From positions 64,001 to 128,000 of the forward strand of contig CAVSGI010000017.1 of NCBI GenBank assembly GCA_963727445.1: a stretch of DNA of 64,000 nt, written 5' to 3'. How positions within the stretch are numbered: the first letter of the stretch is position 1; the number at the start of each line of letters is the position of its first letter. This DNA comes from an uncultured delta proteobacterium. GTDB lineage: Bacteria > Myxococcota_A > Polyangia > Polyangiales > B10-G4. This document shows positions 20,020 to 31,366 of this stretch, one piece after another. The notes beneath the pieces are model-generated. The model was not told where the DNA came from, made no database searches, and saw nothing but the letters and a program-made list of their open reading frames with translations. Position numbers and translations under genes: made by a program.

Positions 20020-20940
20020 GTGGTCGACAAGCTCGGCATGGCGGCGCTCGTCCTCCTCGCGCTCGGCGGGTGCGCGGATCGTCGCGTCGCGCCCGGCGAT
20101 GGGAGCGTCGACGCGATGGGCGACGCGGACCTCGAGGACGCATGGAACGCGGATGACGACGCGTCGGCGGACGCGGCGCGCGATGGGGGCGGCGACTTGG
20201 ACGGCGGCGCGGGCGACGCATCCGCCGACACCGGCCCCACCGACACCGGGCCCGACGACACCGGCCCCGCCGACACCGGGCCCGCCGACACCGGCCCCGC
20301 CGACACCGGCCCGACGGACACCGGCCCCGCCGACACCGGCCCCGCCGACACCGGTCCCGCCGACACCGGCCCGACGGACACCGGTCCCGCCGACACCGGC
20401 CCGACGGACACGGGGACACCCACCGGTGGCTGCGTCTCTGGCGCCGCGGGCACCCACGTCCTTCGCTTCCGGTGGCGTGGCACCACCTCGGGCAGCACGG
20501 CGTGGGTCGACTACGAAGCCAACACGCTGCCCGACACGTCGCGCTGGCACGTCAGCGCAGCGTCCTCGTCGATCGGATACCGGCCGGTCTTCGCCAATCC
20601 CTTCCTCGGCGAAGGGGGCCTCGAGCTGTCGGGTACGGTGTTCATCGACGTCGAGCTCAGCACCAATCTCTTGAGCTCGGTCTCGAACGCGACAATCGCG
20701 ATCTACGGCCGGAGCTACAACACCACGACCTCGGGCAGCTTCACCTGGCAGACCTTCTCCGGCACCGGCGCCTCACCCCATGGCGGCGTGTCGAACAGTG
20801 CGCCCTACGAGTGGTACCTCGCGAACGCGACCACCGCGCTGCCCGCCGGCGACGCCGGCACCCTGCTCCGCATCCGCGCCGGCCCGCCGAGCGGTGCGTT
20901 GATCGTGAGCCGCGTGGAGGTGTGCTTCGACGCGCGCTGA
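20020..20940 (+). CDS. Lipoprotein with xDTGP repeat linker and beta-rich C-terminal domain
   Basis: LGGC lipobox; 13 pentapeptide repeats; start uncertain. Confidence 0.8.
   Translation: MVDKLGMAALVLLALGGCADRRVAPGDGSVDAMGDADLEDAWNADDDASADAARDGGGDLDGGAGDASADTGPTDTGPDDTGPADTGPADTGPADTGPTDTGPADTGPADTGPADTGPTDTGPADTGPTDTGTPTGGCVSGAAGTHVLRFRWRGTTSGSTAWVDYEANTLPDTSRWHVSAASSSIGYRPVFANPFLGEGGLELSGTVFIDVELSTNLLSSVSNATIAIYGRSYNTTTSGSFTWQTFSGTGASPHGGVSNSAPYEWYLANATTALPAGDAGTLLRIRAGPPSGALIVSRVEVCFDAR
20224..20418 (+). repeat. 15-bp coding tandem repeat x13
   Basis: nnn-gacaccgg(c/g/t)cc-n units encoding (A/T/D)DTGP. Confidence 0.95.
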
Positions 20941-20943
20941 GGA

Positions 20944-22077
20944 TCACTCGGCGTGTTGCTGCCGCTCGATGGCGCGCCGAACCGCCTGTTGAACGTGCGG
21001 CGGCAGCGACCCGAGCCTTCCCTCTGGATTGCCGCGCGTCGGCCCTGTGAGGTCGACGTTCACCTCGACACCGGAAGCCTCGCTGCCGGTTCCTGGCGTC
21101 GCGGAGGGTCCCACGATCGCGACACCAGCCCCGGCGCCGGCGCCGCCGCCCTCGGCTTCGGCCCGTGGCGCAGGCGTCTCCGCGATGCGACGGAGCCACA
21201 ACTGCCGGCTCTCCCCCTCCCCGGACTCTCGGAGCGTCCCAATCAGGGTGGCGTAGCCTGGCCCGAGGCGCGCCGTCATCTGCCGTCCATCCTCTCCGAT
21301 CACGACCTCGCGGCTCTGGCAGTCGGTGTGAACGGCGCCGCGCAGTGGCCCCGCAGGCGAGGACAGCTCGTAGACCGGGCCGTCCCCCGTGCGGCGAAGG
21401 CGCGCGTCGGCGAGCGCGCTCGGGCCCATCCGAATCTGCCCCTCGAAGCTCCCGCGCACCTCGCACGCCTGCCCGTCTTCGACCCTCGCCAGCAGCGCCT
21501 GCAGCTCGGCGGCGCCCTGCGCTTCGCCTTCGGGCTCCCGCGCGTCCTCGGGCAGCTCCACGTCGTCGGGCCCGACGCCCCATGCCGCAACGTACAGCCG
21601 CGTGAAGGCACCCTCGCTCGGCTCGATCAGGATCTCGTGGTGGAGCGTGTCGACGAGAAGCGCTGCGTCCGCTGCGCGGAACGCGTAGCCCTCGGGGCCG
21701 TGGGAGAGGACCCCGCTCGCCGGCTGGGAAGAGTGGAGCCGGTGAGCGCAGCGGACCTGCACGTGACGTGGGCCGGCCGCGATCTCCACCTCGAGAACGC
21801 ATCCCTCGCCCACCGTCGCATCCATCCCTTCGGTGGCGACCACCACCGCTCCGAAGTACGCACCATCGAAGGATGGCGCCTCGGACGGTGGCGTAGACGC
21901 GGGCGGGGGCGCCGGCGCGGGCTCGACTTCTTCACTGGCCCCCGCGTCCTGGGCGACGGGCTCGACGTCGCTCTCGGGCCGCGTGCCCGACCAGATGCCC
22001 AGGCCCAGCAGCACGAGCGCCGCGACGCCGCCCAGAGCCAGTGGCGTCTTCGACCGGGAGGCGGGGGGCGTGGCCAT
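20944..22077 (-). CDS. Hypothetical N-anchored membrane protein
   Basis: N-terminal TM, Pro-rich linker; TATGCT upstream. Confidence 0.65.
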   Translation of the reverse strand: MATPPASRSKTPLALGGVAALVLLGLGIWSGTRPESDVEPVAQDAGASEEVEPAPAPPPASTPPSEAPSFDGAYFGAVVVATEGMDATVGEGCVLEVEIAAGPRHVQVRCAHRLHSSQPASGVLSHGPEGYAFRAADAALLVDTLHHEILIEPSEGAFTRLYVAAWGVGPDDVELPEDAREPEGEAQGAAELQALLARVEDGQACEVRGSFEGQIRMGPSALADARLRRTGDGPVYELSSPAGPLRGAVHTDCQSREVVIGEDGRQMTARLGPGYATLIGTLRESGEGESRQLWLRRIAETPAPRAEAEGGGAGAGAGVAIVGPSATPGTGSEASGVEVNVDLTGPTRGNPEGRLGSLPPHVQQAVRRAIERQQHAE

Positions 22078-22217
22078 CGAGGCGCAAGCATAGCCGAGGC
22101 TCCGCGACTGGCAGTTGTGGTCAATACCGACGCCTGCGTTGGCCACCCCCAGAGCGCCCGAAGCAAAGAGACTTCAGGCTTTTTTCGGGTGGTACGTCCG
22201 ATGCTTTCCTGACGGGC

Positions 22218-23816
22218 GTGGCCCTACCCTCCCATCCCCCCACGCCGAAGCTCCCCTTCGTCTTCGCCCTCTTGCTGACGCTCGGCGGCTGCGCGGTCGG
22301 GGCCGACGACGCCCTCGACCCGAGCCAGCTCAGCCAGGACGACGAGGAAGGCGGCACCTACGTGCCCCTCGGCGATGGGAAGGCCGACGGCTTCGAGCAC
22401 AGCACCGCCCACCTGACGCTCTCGGGCGCATGTGATGACGGCGATCGCCTCACCATCGCCGCGGTGGGCGACGTGCTGCTCCACTCGCCGCTGCAGCGGC
22501 AGGCCTACAGCGATCCGAACGGCTTCACGTCGCTTTGGGAAGAGGTGGCGCCGCTCCTGGCTCAGGCCGACGTCGCCTACGCGAACCTCGAGGGCCCCAC
22601 CGCGGCCGGCGTGAACGCGAACGGACACGACGTGCCCGACCCTGGCCCGGTCTACGGCGAGAACGGCGTCTACACGACGTACCCACAGTTCAACTACCAC
22701 CCGAGCCTCATCCCCGCGCTGCAAGATGCGGGCATCGACGTGGTGTCGACGGCGAACAATCACGCCCTCGATCGCCGCAGCCTCGGTGTGGACCGCACCA
22801 TCGACGCGCTCCGCGAGGCAGGCCTGCCCTTCACCGGCACCCGCAAGAGCGACGACGCGAGACGCGACTTCGTGGCCTATACCGAAGCGCGCGGGTTTCG
22901 CCTGGCGTGGATCGCGTGCACCTTCGGCACGAACGGCATCCCCGATCGCGACGACCAGGTGCTGCACTGCTACGACGACCGGCAGGAGCTGCTCGACCTG
23001 GTGCAGCGCACCACCGCGGAACGCGGCGTGGATGCGGTCATGGTCACGCCGCACTGGGGCGTGGAGTACGAGGCGATGCCGCGCCAGCGGCAGATCACGC
23101 TCGCGCGCGATCTGGTCGAGGCCGGCGCCCTCGCGGTGATCGGTTCGCACCCCCACGTGCTTCAGCCGTGGCAGCGCATCGTGACCGCAGACGGCCGCGA
23201 AGGCTTCGTCATCTACTCGCTGGGCAACTTCGTCAGCAACCAGACGACGCTCGCCAAGCGCTCGACGCTCCTGCTCTACCTCGGCCTGGTGCGCGATCGT
23301 TCCGGCGAGGTGAAGCTCACGGGCGCCCGCTTCGTGCCGCTCTACATGTTGCGCAGCGAACGCCGGCGCATCGTCCCCATCGATCCGCGCGCGACGTCGT
23401 ATCGCGACAGCCTGGACCTCACGCTCTCCCTCTTCGGTGGCAGCAACCTGATGCGCGCCGACGAGACGCTTGTCTGCGACCCCGAGTGTGATCCGCGCTG
23501 GTCGCCGCCCCGCCTCACGCCGAGCTTCGTCGGCGACGCGTGCACCGCCGATGCGGATTGTGACTTCGCCACGGACGCCTTCTGTCACAGCGCGGGCTTC
23601 TGCACCGTGCCGTGCGACGGCTATTGCGACGACCTCGCGGGTCACGCCCCGACCTTCTGCGCCGAGGACGGCCCTGGCGGCGGGCTCTGCCTCAGCCAGG
23701 CGTCCACCCAGAACGATCAATGCGGCGCGCTCCCGGGGGCCGACGCCCAGACGCGCGCCCGCTACATCGGCGACTCGGGCGCTGCGCCGGCCGAGGCCGT
23801 GGTCTGCGCGCCGTGA
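22218..23816 (+). CDS. CapA/PGA_cap metallophosphatase-fold lipoprotein with Cys-rich C-terminal domain
   Basis: AVGDVLLH, ANLEGP, ANNHALD, HWGVEY, GSHPHVLQ, YSLGNF; LGGC lipobox. Confidence 0.9.
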   Translation: MALPSHPPTPKLPFVFALLLTLGGCAVGADDALDPSQLSQDDEEGGTYVPLGDGKADGFEHSTAHLTLSGACDDGDRLTIAAVGDVLLHSPLQRQAYSDPNGFTSLWEEVAPLLAQADVAYANLEGPTAAGVNANGHDVPDPGPVYGENGVYTTYPQFNYHPSLIPALQDAGIDVVSTANNHALDRRSLGVDRTIDALREAGLPFTGTRKSDDARRDFVAYTEARGFRLAWIACTFGTNGIPDRDDQVLHCYDDRQELLDLVQRTTAERGVDAVMVTPHWGVEYEAMPRQRQITLARDLVEAGALAVIGSHPHVLQPWQRIVTADGREGFVIYSLGNFVSNQTTLAKRSTLLLYLGLVRDRSGEVKLTGARFVPLYMLRSERRRIVPIDPRATSYRDSLDLTLSLFGGSNLMRADETLVCDPECDPRWSPPRLTPSFVGDACTADADCDFATDAFCHSAGFCTVPCDGYCDDLAGHAPTFCAEDGPGGGLCLSQASTQNDQCGALPGADAQTRARYIGDSGAAPAEAVVCAP

Positions 23817-23931
23817 GCGTGAAGCGCAGTTCTCGGCCAAGTCGACACGCTGGGCGCGCACGCCACCGTACGCACTCTGCACAGCTTTCGTAATCGTTGA
23901 CGAAGCACTGAGCGCGCGCCGAATCGCGGTG

Positions 23932-23947
23932 TGGCGCGCACCTTGCT
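23932..23947 (+). promoter_or_regulatory. Putative sigma54 promoter
   Basis: TGGCGC-N5-TTGCT, near consensus, just upstream of 23961. Confidence 0.7.
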
Positions 23948-23960
23948 GACGGCGCGGCCC

Positions 23961-25157
23961 GTGCACGACCGCCGCGCTCTCCTCCTCTTCTGGCTCGTCG
24001 CCCTCGCCTTTCCCGCGACGGCCGCCGCCCAGACACCGGCGCGCCTCGACACGCTCGTCGAAGCCCCACGCTCGCTCCGCGCCGCGCTCTTCGATGACGA
24101 GCTCGCGCTCCTCGAGCGCACGGTGCTGGGCTGGCTCGAGCAGCAGGCTCTCCCCGTCCACATTCTGCCGGCGAGCACGCGCGACGACCTGGCGGTGCCC
24201 GAGTGCGCCGCGCCGATGAGCCGATACGACGTGGTACGAAACCAACTCGGGCGCGTCGCGCGCGTCTCGATCACGGCCAGCTGTGACGAGGGCAGCCAGG
24301 AGTCGTGCCGACTCGGCGTCCGCATCCATCGCCCGCCGGTGGCGTCGGGCGCGTGGGAGACGCTGCACGAGTGGCGAGCCGACGTTCCTTCGGGCGCCGG
24401 CCAGATCGCGCGCTTCCTCGCGGCGGTGCCCGATCTCGCGGAGCCACCGCCCACACCTCCGGGCGCACTTCTCGGCGTGCTGCGCGAGGTCCACGATCAC
24501 GCGCTGGTGCGGGTCGACTGGGTGGCGCCGGCCGGCCACTTTCGAGCCGCGCCGGAGCCCGCGACGATCACCGAGGGGATCGGGCCCGCCCTCGACGCGT
24601 GCCACGCGGAAGGATGGTCCAGCGGCCCCGGGGAGCGTGCGATCCTCGCCTTCGCCCGCGATGGAAGCGTCAGCCGCTGCGAGGCGCATCTGCAGAAGGA
24701 ACCGATCGACACCGCCCGCGCCGCGTGTCTCTGCGACGCGCTCTCTCGAGCAAGCGTCGCGCCGGGAGCTGCGGATCGCCGCGTCGAGATCGGGATCGTG
24801 AACGCGGTCGAGTCGGGTGTGCTCGCCGGGGAGCGCCGCCACTACACGCGCTTCGAGATGACCGAGGCAACTCGGGGCTTTCGCGCCTATCCGGGGCTCG
24901 AGCGGGTGCAACTACCAGCGGCGCGCTGCTTCGCGATGGCGGGCGTCACCGAGCTGACGCGGATCGGCCTGCGGATCTTCGCCGACGCGCATGGGACGAT
25001 GACCCGGGCGGAGATCGACGGGAGCGATCTGAGCCCAGAGCTCGCCCGCTGTCTTCAGGGCGTCCTACGCCCCCTCGCCTTCACGTGCCCCGCGAGCGGA
25101 CAAGCGGCGACCTGGTCCGGAAGCCTGGTCGGCTACACGGTGGCGGTGGATCCGTAG
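23961..25157 (+). CDS. Exported hypothetical protein, possibly with AgmX/PglI C-terminal-like domains
   Basis: Signal peptide AAAQ; LDACH..ACLCDAL and RCF..ARCLQGVL repeats. Confidence 0.65.
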   Translation: MHDRRALLLFWLVALAFPATAAAQTPARLDTLVEAPRSLRAALFDDELALLERTVLGWLEQQALPVHILPASTRDDLAVPECAAPMSRYDVVRNQLGRVARVSITASCDEGSQESCRLGVRIHRPPVASGAWETLHEWRADVPSGAGQIARFLAAVPDLAEPPPTPPGALLGVLREVHDHALVRVDWVAPAGHFRAAPEPATITEGIGPALDACHAEGWSSGPGERAILAFARDGSVSRCEAHLQKEPIDTARAACLCDALSRASVAPGAADRRVEIGIVNAVESGVLAGERRHYTRFEMTEATRGFRAYPGLERVQLPAARCFAMAGVTELTRIGLRIFADAHGTMTRAEIDGSDLSPELARCLQGVLRPLAFTCPASGQAATWSGSLVGYTVAVDP

Positions 25158-25240
25158 TCAGCCCCCGGAGATGACGCAACGCGGCAAAAGTCCGTTATCA
25201 ACGTGATCCAACACCGCTCATGGTGTACCATATCTGCACT

Positions 25241-26638
25241 ATGAGGGGACTCTCCATCAGCGCAGTCGTCGTCATCCTCGCTGGCGTGCTCGCGGGCTGT
25301 GGCAACGACGGAACCATCGGAAGCTCGGACGATCTTCAGGCGGCTCTCGCCTCGGCGCAGGCGGGGGATCGTGTCTGTCTGGGAGAAGGCGTCTTCAACG
25401 GCTCCTTCGACGTGCCGGCGGGCGTCGTCCTGTGTGGCGCGGGCAGAGAGCTGACGCGTATCGTCGGTCCCTCCGACAGTCCGACGTTGCGGGTGACCCC
25501 AGGGGTGGAGAACCCGACGCGGATCGAAGGCGTGACCATCGAGTCGGACGCGGACTTCGGCATCCTCGCGATCGGGGCGGGTGACGTCGCGATCGAACAA
25601 GTGGACGTGCGCGTGCCCCAGCAAGGCGCGGGCATCGGCGCCGAGCGCCTGTCCACCCTGATGATCAACCAGGTGCAGGTGCTCGGACCGGTGGACCTCT
25701 CCAACGCGGACGACATCGCAGGTGAGATGGACGTCACCCTCGCGCCGGCCTACGGGTTGGTGTGCGTCTCCGTGATGTCGGTCGAGGCGACCGAGATGAC
25801 GGTCGGTGGCTTCTCCCACTTCGGCGTCCTCGCCGTCAGCTCGAACCTCACGATGGACAACAGCGCCATCGAGGCCAACCTCGGAACCGGCCTCCTGGTT
25901 CACGGGGGTACGGCGGACCTGTCCGCGGTGGCGATCGACAGCGCCCTTCAGGGAACACGCCTGATTCCGCCCTACAACGCGGTCTTCGCCGGCAACGCCG
26001 ACGTCTCGTCGACCGGGCTCGAGGTCACGGGCAGCGAGGGCTACGGCATCCTGCAGTCCGAGGCCACGGCGACCCACGCGGACCTCCTCGCCGAGAGCAA
26101 CGACCAGGCAGCGATCTGGGTGCAGAGCAGCGGCGGCGTCTCGATCACCAACTCGATGATCCGCGACAACGCCCTCGCCGGCGTGGTCGCCCTCGAGTCG
26201 AGCAACATCAACCTGAGCAGCGTCGACATCGAAGCCACCCGCACCCGCACCCGCATCGTCTCCACCATGCCGGTCGAGGTCGGTGACGGAGTTCAGTTTC
26301 TCGGCTCGACCACCAACGTCACCCTCGAGAGCCTCGGGCTGACCAACAACTCCCGCGTCGGCGTCCTCATCGATCTCGACGGAGGTGTCTTCGACGGGAT
26401 CGATCTCCGCTCGGTCAACGTCGACGGAAGCGGCGAGCAGCTCGGCGCGATCGCGCAGGGCGGGGTCATCCCGCCCGGCTGGGACACCAACGTGACCCGC
26501 TCCTCCGTCATCGAGATGAACGACACCGCCTTCTCGGGCACGCTCGACACGGTGGGCATCGTCGGTCCGAGCGATCTGCCGGCGGTCGACGCCGTCCTGG
26601 CGATGGGGATCGCCGGGATCGTGGGTCCGAGCGACTGA
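25241..26638 (+). CDS. Right-handed beta-helix (pectin lyase-like) lipoprotein
   Basis: LAGC lipobox; LQAALASAQAGDRVCLGEGVF; PbH1-like repeats. Confidence 0.85.
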   Translation: MRGLSISAVVVILAGVLAGCGNDGTIGSSDDLQAALASAQAGDRVCLGEGVFNGSFDVPAGVVLCGAGRELTRIVGPSDSPTLRVTPGVENPTRIEGVTIESDADFGILAIGAGDVAIEQVDVRVPQQGAGIGAERLSTLMINQVQVLGPVDLSNADDIAGEMDVTLAPAYGLVCVSVMSVEATEMTVGGFSHFGVLAVSSNLTMDNSAIEANLGTGLLVHGGTADLSAVAIDSALQGTRLIPPYNAVFAGNADVSSTGLEVTGSEGYGILQSEATATHADLLAESNDQAAIWVQSSGGVSITNSMIRDNALAGVVALESSNINLSSVDIEATRTRTRIVSTMPVEVGDGVQFLGSTTNVTLESLGLTNNSRVGVLIDLDGGVFDGIDLRSVNVDGSGEQLGAIAQGGVIPPGWDTNVTRSSVIEMNDTAFSGTLDTVGIVGPSDLPAVDAVLAMGIAGIVGPSD

Positions 26639-26655
26639 GCGAGGCGACGGGCCGG

Positions 26656-27874
<1,219 letters not shown>

Positions 27875-27971
27875 CCCCAGCCTCGGGACGGAAGACTAGC
27901 AGCCCAGCGGCCTCAAAGGCACCTTCATCGCCTGGCGGAATAGCCCCAACGAGTGCAGGGTTGTCGGACAC

Positions 27972-28520
27972 ATGCGGCGAACGGACTCGGGGGGCCATCT
28001 GCGGCGCCTCCTTCTCTTCGGCCTCCCCTGCATCTTCGGGGCGGGCTGTGACCTGGGGACCAAATCGATGGCGGTCGACGCCCTCGCCGATCTGCCGGGC
28101 CACACCATGTCGGTGATCGCGCCCTGGCTCGACTTCAGCCTCTCCTACAACCAGGGAACGGCGTTCAGCTTCGTGCCTGACCTGGGTGCGGCGCGCTGGA
28201 TCCTGGGCGTGCTCTCGCTCCTGGTGGTCGCCGCGATGCTTGTCATCGCCTTCCGCAACAAGACCACACGCGTAGAGGCGATCGCCCTCGGCGTCGTCGC
28301 CGGGGGCGCCATCGGCAACGGCGTCGACCGCATGTTCCGCGAGCTCCCCGATGGGGCCACCGCCGTGGTCGATTTCATCCGCATCAACTACCCCTGGGGT
28401 GGAAGCTGGCCGACCTTCAACGTCGCCGACATCCTGGTCGCGGTCGGCGTCGCGCTCCTGGTGATCGCGGGGGCGAGACGAAGACCTCGGGGCGACATGC
28501 CGGAAAACGCCGCCTCGTAG
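27972..28520 (+). CDS. lspA: Lipoprotein signal peptidase II
   Basis: YNQGTAFS, GAIGNGVDR, VVDFI, WPTFNVAD. Confidence 0.95.
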   Translation: MRRTDSGGHLRRLLLFGLPCIFGAGCDLGTKSMAVDALADLPGHTMSVIAPWLDFSLSYNQGTAFSFVPDLGAARWILGVLSLLVVAAMLVIAFRNKTTRVEAIALGVVAGGAIGNGVDRMFRELPDGATAVVDFIRINYPWGGSWPTFNVADILVAVGVALLVIAGARRRPRGDMPENAAS

Positions 28521-28567
28521 CTCCATCTGCCCTTCAGGGCGCCGCGTCGCCGTGCGATAGTGGAGCC

Positions 28568-29365
28568 GTGCGTGGCGCTCTGATCCTCTGGCTCGTGCCC
28601 TTCGTCGTCGTCGGCTGCGATTGCAGCGACGACCTCGGCAGTGGCCGAGACGGAGGCGGGATCGACGGCGGCGGCGACGCCAGCCGGCGCGACGGTGCCC
28701 TCACCGACGGAGCGGCGCGTGATGGCGGAGGCGGGATCGACGGCGGCAGCACCTGCACCGATCTGATGGCCACCATTCGGGACTTCCGCGCGGATCATCC
28801 CGACTTCGAGGCGAACATCGGGAGCATGCCCGGCCTGGTGGAGGATGCGCTCGGCTCGGACAACAAGCCCGTGTACGCGCCCGCGGGTCCCACGGCGGTA
28901 ACCGCCGGCCAGGCGGAGTTCGATCAGTGGTATCGCGACGTCGACGGCATCAACATGCGCTTCGCGATCCCGATCCCTCTCACCGAGACCTCGCCGGGCG
29001 TCTTCGTCTTCGACGATCCGGAGTTCTTCCCCATCGACGGGATGGGCTGGCCGGGTGAGGAGCTGCTCGGACACAACTTCCACTTCACCACCGAGATCCA
29101 CGCCGCCTTCACCTATCGCGGCGGCGAGGTCTTCACCTTTCGGGGCGACGACGACGTCTTCCTCTTCATCAACGGCCGCCTCGCCCTCGACCTCGGCGGC
29201 GTGCACGGCCCCGAGGAGGGCACGGTCGACTTCGACGCCATGGCCGACCAGCTCGGCATCACCGCCGGCGAGACCTACCGCTTCGACATCTTCCACGCCG
29301 AGCGCCACACCTCGGAGTCGAACTTCCGCATGGAAACCTCCATCGAGTGCTTCACGTTGATCTGA
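28568..29365 (+). CDS. Fibro-slime/PA14-domain lipoprotein
   Basis: IRDF..HPDFE, FDQWYRD, FFPIDG, HNFHFTTE, GDDDVF, DLGGVH, AERHTSESNF. Confidence 0.92.
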   Translation: MRGALILWLVPFVVVGCDCSDDLGSGRDGGGIDGGGDASRRDGALTDGAARDGGGGIDGGSTCTDLMATIRDFRADHPDFEANIGSMPGLVEDALGSDNKPVYAPAGPTAVTAGQAEFDQWYRDVDGINMRFAIPIPLTETSPGVFVFDDPEFFPIDGMGWPGEELLGHNFHFTTEIHAAFTYRGGEVFTFRGDDDVFLFINGRLALDLGGVHGPEEGTVDFDAMADQLGITAGETYRFDIFHAERHTSESNFRMETSIECFTLI

Positions 29366-29407
29366 CGTTCGGTGGCCGCCGCGGGTTAGAGTCGGCGAGG
29401 GGAGCAG

Positions 29408-31099
29408 ATGAACGAAGACATCGACGTCCTGATCGTCGGCGGCGGTCCCGTCGGCCTGGCCATGGCCTGTGAGCTTCACCGGCACGGCCTCCGCCCGCGG
29501 CTGATCGAGGAGAAGAGAGAGCGGGATCAATGGTCGAAGGCCGCGGCCATCCAGCCCCGCACCCTCGAGGTGCTGCGGAGCATGGGCGTGGTGGAGCCGA
29601 TCCTCGAAGCAGGCCAGCCCGTCTACGGCCTGAACCTCTTCGCGAAAGGCGAGCGTCTCGCGCACGTGGACATCCGAATCCCCGGCTCGCCCTACCCCTT
29701 CATCCTGGGCCTATCGCAGAAGCGGACCGAGGAGCTCCTCGAAGCGCATCTCGAGGCCCACGGCGGCACCCTCGAACGCGGGACCACGTTGACCGAGCTC
29801 CGCCCGGGCGAGTCGTCGGTGCAGGTGACCCTGTCGAAGGACGACGGCACGGCGGAGCAGCTCGAGGTCCCGTGGGTCGTGGGATGCGACGGTGCACATA
29901 GCTTCATGCGCAAGGCGCTCGACATCTCCTTCGAGGGCACGAGCTTCGAGCGCACGGTGATCCAGGCGGACGTCCACGCCGAGTTCCCCAAGGACGTCGA
30001 TCCACACGAGGCGCTCGCCTTCGTCTCCGATGCGGGCCCCTGCGGCTTCCTCCCGCTCTTCGCCGACCACCGCTACCGCCTCATCGTGCTGGAACCGCCC
30101 GAACAGTACGCGGAGCCGACGCTCGAGAACTTCCAGCGCCACATCGACGAGCGCGCGAGCGGCTTCTCCATCCGGCTCAGCGATCCGGCGTGGATGGCGT
30201 CGTTTCGATTCCACGGCCGTATCGCCGAACGCTACCGGGTCGGCCGCTGTTTTCTCGCCGGCGATTCGGCGCACATCCACAGCCCGGTGGGCGGCCAGGG
30301 AATGAACCTCGGCATACAGGACGCCTTCAACCTGGCCTGGAAGCTCTCGATGGTTCATCGCGGGCTGGCCCGCGACCGACTCCTCGACTCCTACGAGGCG
30401 GAGCGGCGCGCGGTCGGTGAGCAGGTCGTCAACACCACCGACCAGGCCACGAGCCGCGTGATGCGCGCGATGACGCTTCGCAACCCCGTCGCCGCTACGC
30501 TCCGCACTCAGATCGTGAGCCTTGTCTTCAACTCGGGCTTCCTGATGGATCGCATCTTCGCGACGATGGGCGGCGTCGAAGTCGGCTACCCGCGGAGCCC
30601 GGTCGTCGGCGAGTACCACGCCTCGATGTGGAGCACAGAGGTCGGCGGCGACACCGCGACCGAGACCCCAAACCTGCGCGGCTGGGTGCGCTTCCAATCC
30701 GGTCCCGGCCCAGGCCAGCGCGTCGCCGACATCCCCCTGCCCGACACCCACGAGTCCATCCTCGACCTCTTCGCCACCGAGCGGCACACGCTCCTGCTCT
30801 TCGACGGTGCCGCGGCCACGGACGAGGGCTACGCAAACCTCGGCGCCATCGGCCGCGACGTCCGCTCGAAGTACGGCGACGTCATCGACGTCATCGTCGT
30901 GGTCCCGCGCTCCGAACACCCGAGCGCCCTCGACTGGAGCGGCACCCTCATGCTCGACCCCGAGCACGAGCTCCACGACCACTTCGGCGCCCGCTCCGAA
31001 TCGCTCTACCTGATCCGCCCCGACGGCTACGTCGCGTATCGAAGTCAGCCAGCGGACGCAGCGCGCCTGTCCGCCTACCTGGAAACCCTCTTCCTCTGA
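29408..31099 (+). CDS. FAD-dependent monooxygenase (PheA/TfdB-like)
   Basis: GGGPVG, GCDGAHS, LAGDSAHIHSPVGGQGMN, IRPDGYV. Confidence 0.95.
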   Translation: MNEDIDVLIVGGGPVGLAMACELHRHGLRPRLIEEKRERDQWSKAAAIQPRTLEVLRSMGVVEPILEAGQPVYGLNLFAKGERLAHVDIRIPGSPYPFILGLSQKRTEELLEAHLEAHGGTLERGTTLTELRPGESSVQVTLSKDDGTAEQLEVPWVVGCDGAHSFMRKALDISFEGTSFERTVIQADVHAEFPKDVDPHEALAFVSDAGPCGFLPLFADHRYRLIVLEPPEQYAEPTLENFQRHIDERASGFSIRLSDPAWMASFRFHGRIAERYRVGRCFLAGDSAHIHSPVGGQGMNLGIQDAFNLAWKLSMVHRGLARDRLLDSYEAERRAVGEQVVNTTDQATSRVMRAMTLRNPVAATLRTQIVSLVFNSGFLMDRIFATMGGVEVGYPRSPVVGEYHASMWSTEVGGDTATETPNLRGWVRFQSGPGPGQRVADIPLPDTHESILDLFATERHTLLLFDGAAATDEGYANLGAIGRDVRSKYGDVIDVIVVVPRSEHPSALDWSGTLMLDPEHELHDHFGARSESLYLIRPDGYVAYRSQPADAARLSAYLETLFL

Positions 31100-31140
31100 G
31101 GGTGACGGACCGAACTCATCGACGAGTTCGGTCGTCACCC
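31100..31140 (+). terminator. Hairpin directly after monooxygenase stop
   Basis: gggtgacggaccgaactc-atcgac-gagttcggtcgtcaccc; no U-tract. Confidence 0.55.
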
Positions 31141-31366
31141 AGTGGCGTGGCCTTGATGCGCCGGCCCCTCGTCGACACGATGAGACAGGCCGCGTGAGCG
31201 CACGTTCGTGGACCCGCTGGTTCAGTGGACCAAGGTGGTCCGCTCCGATGCGGGGACTGGCGACACGAATCGCGCGTCAATTCGGGGTCGCATCCGCCGC
31301 GAACGCCTCGGCATACCCGTTGCTTTCCCTCGCCTCGGCACCGATGGACGGTGCGGGAGGAACGAG

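Noticed and set aside
20224..20418. CRISPR-like array
   Set aside because: Contiguous in-frame 15-bp coding repeats with no spacers and no cas genes
31143..31160. Sigma54 promoter TGGCGT...TTGATGC
   Set aside because: GG-N10-GC spacing not met
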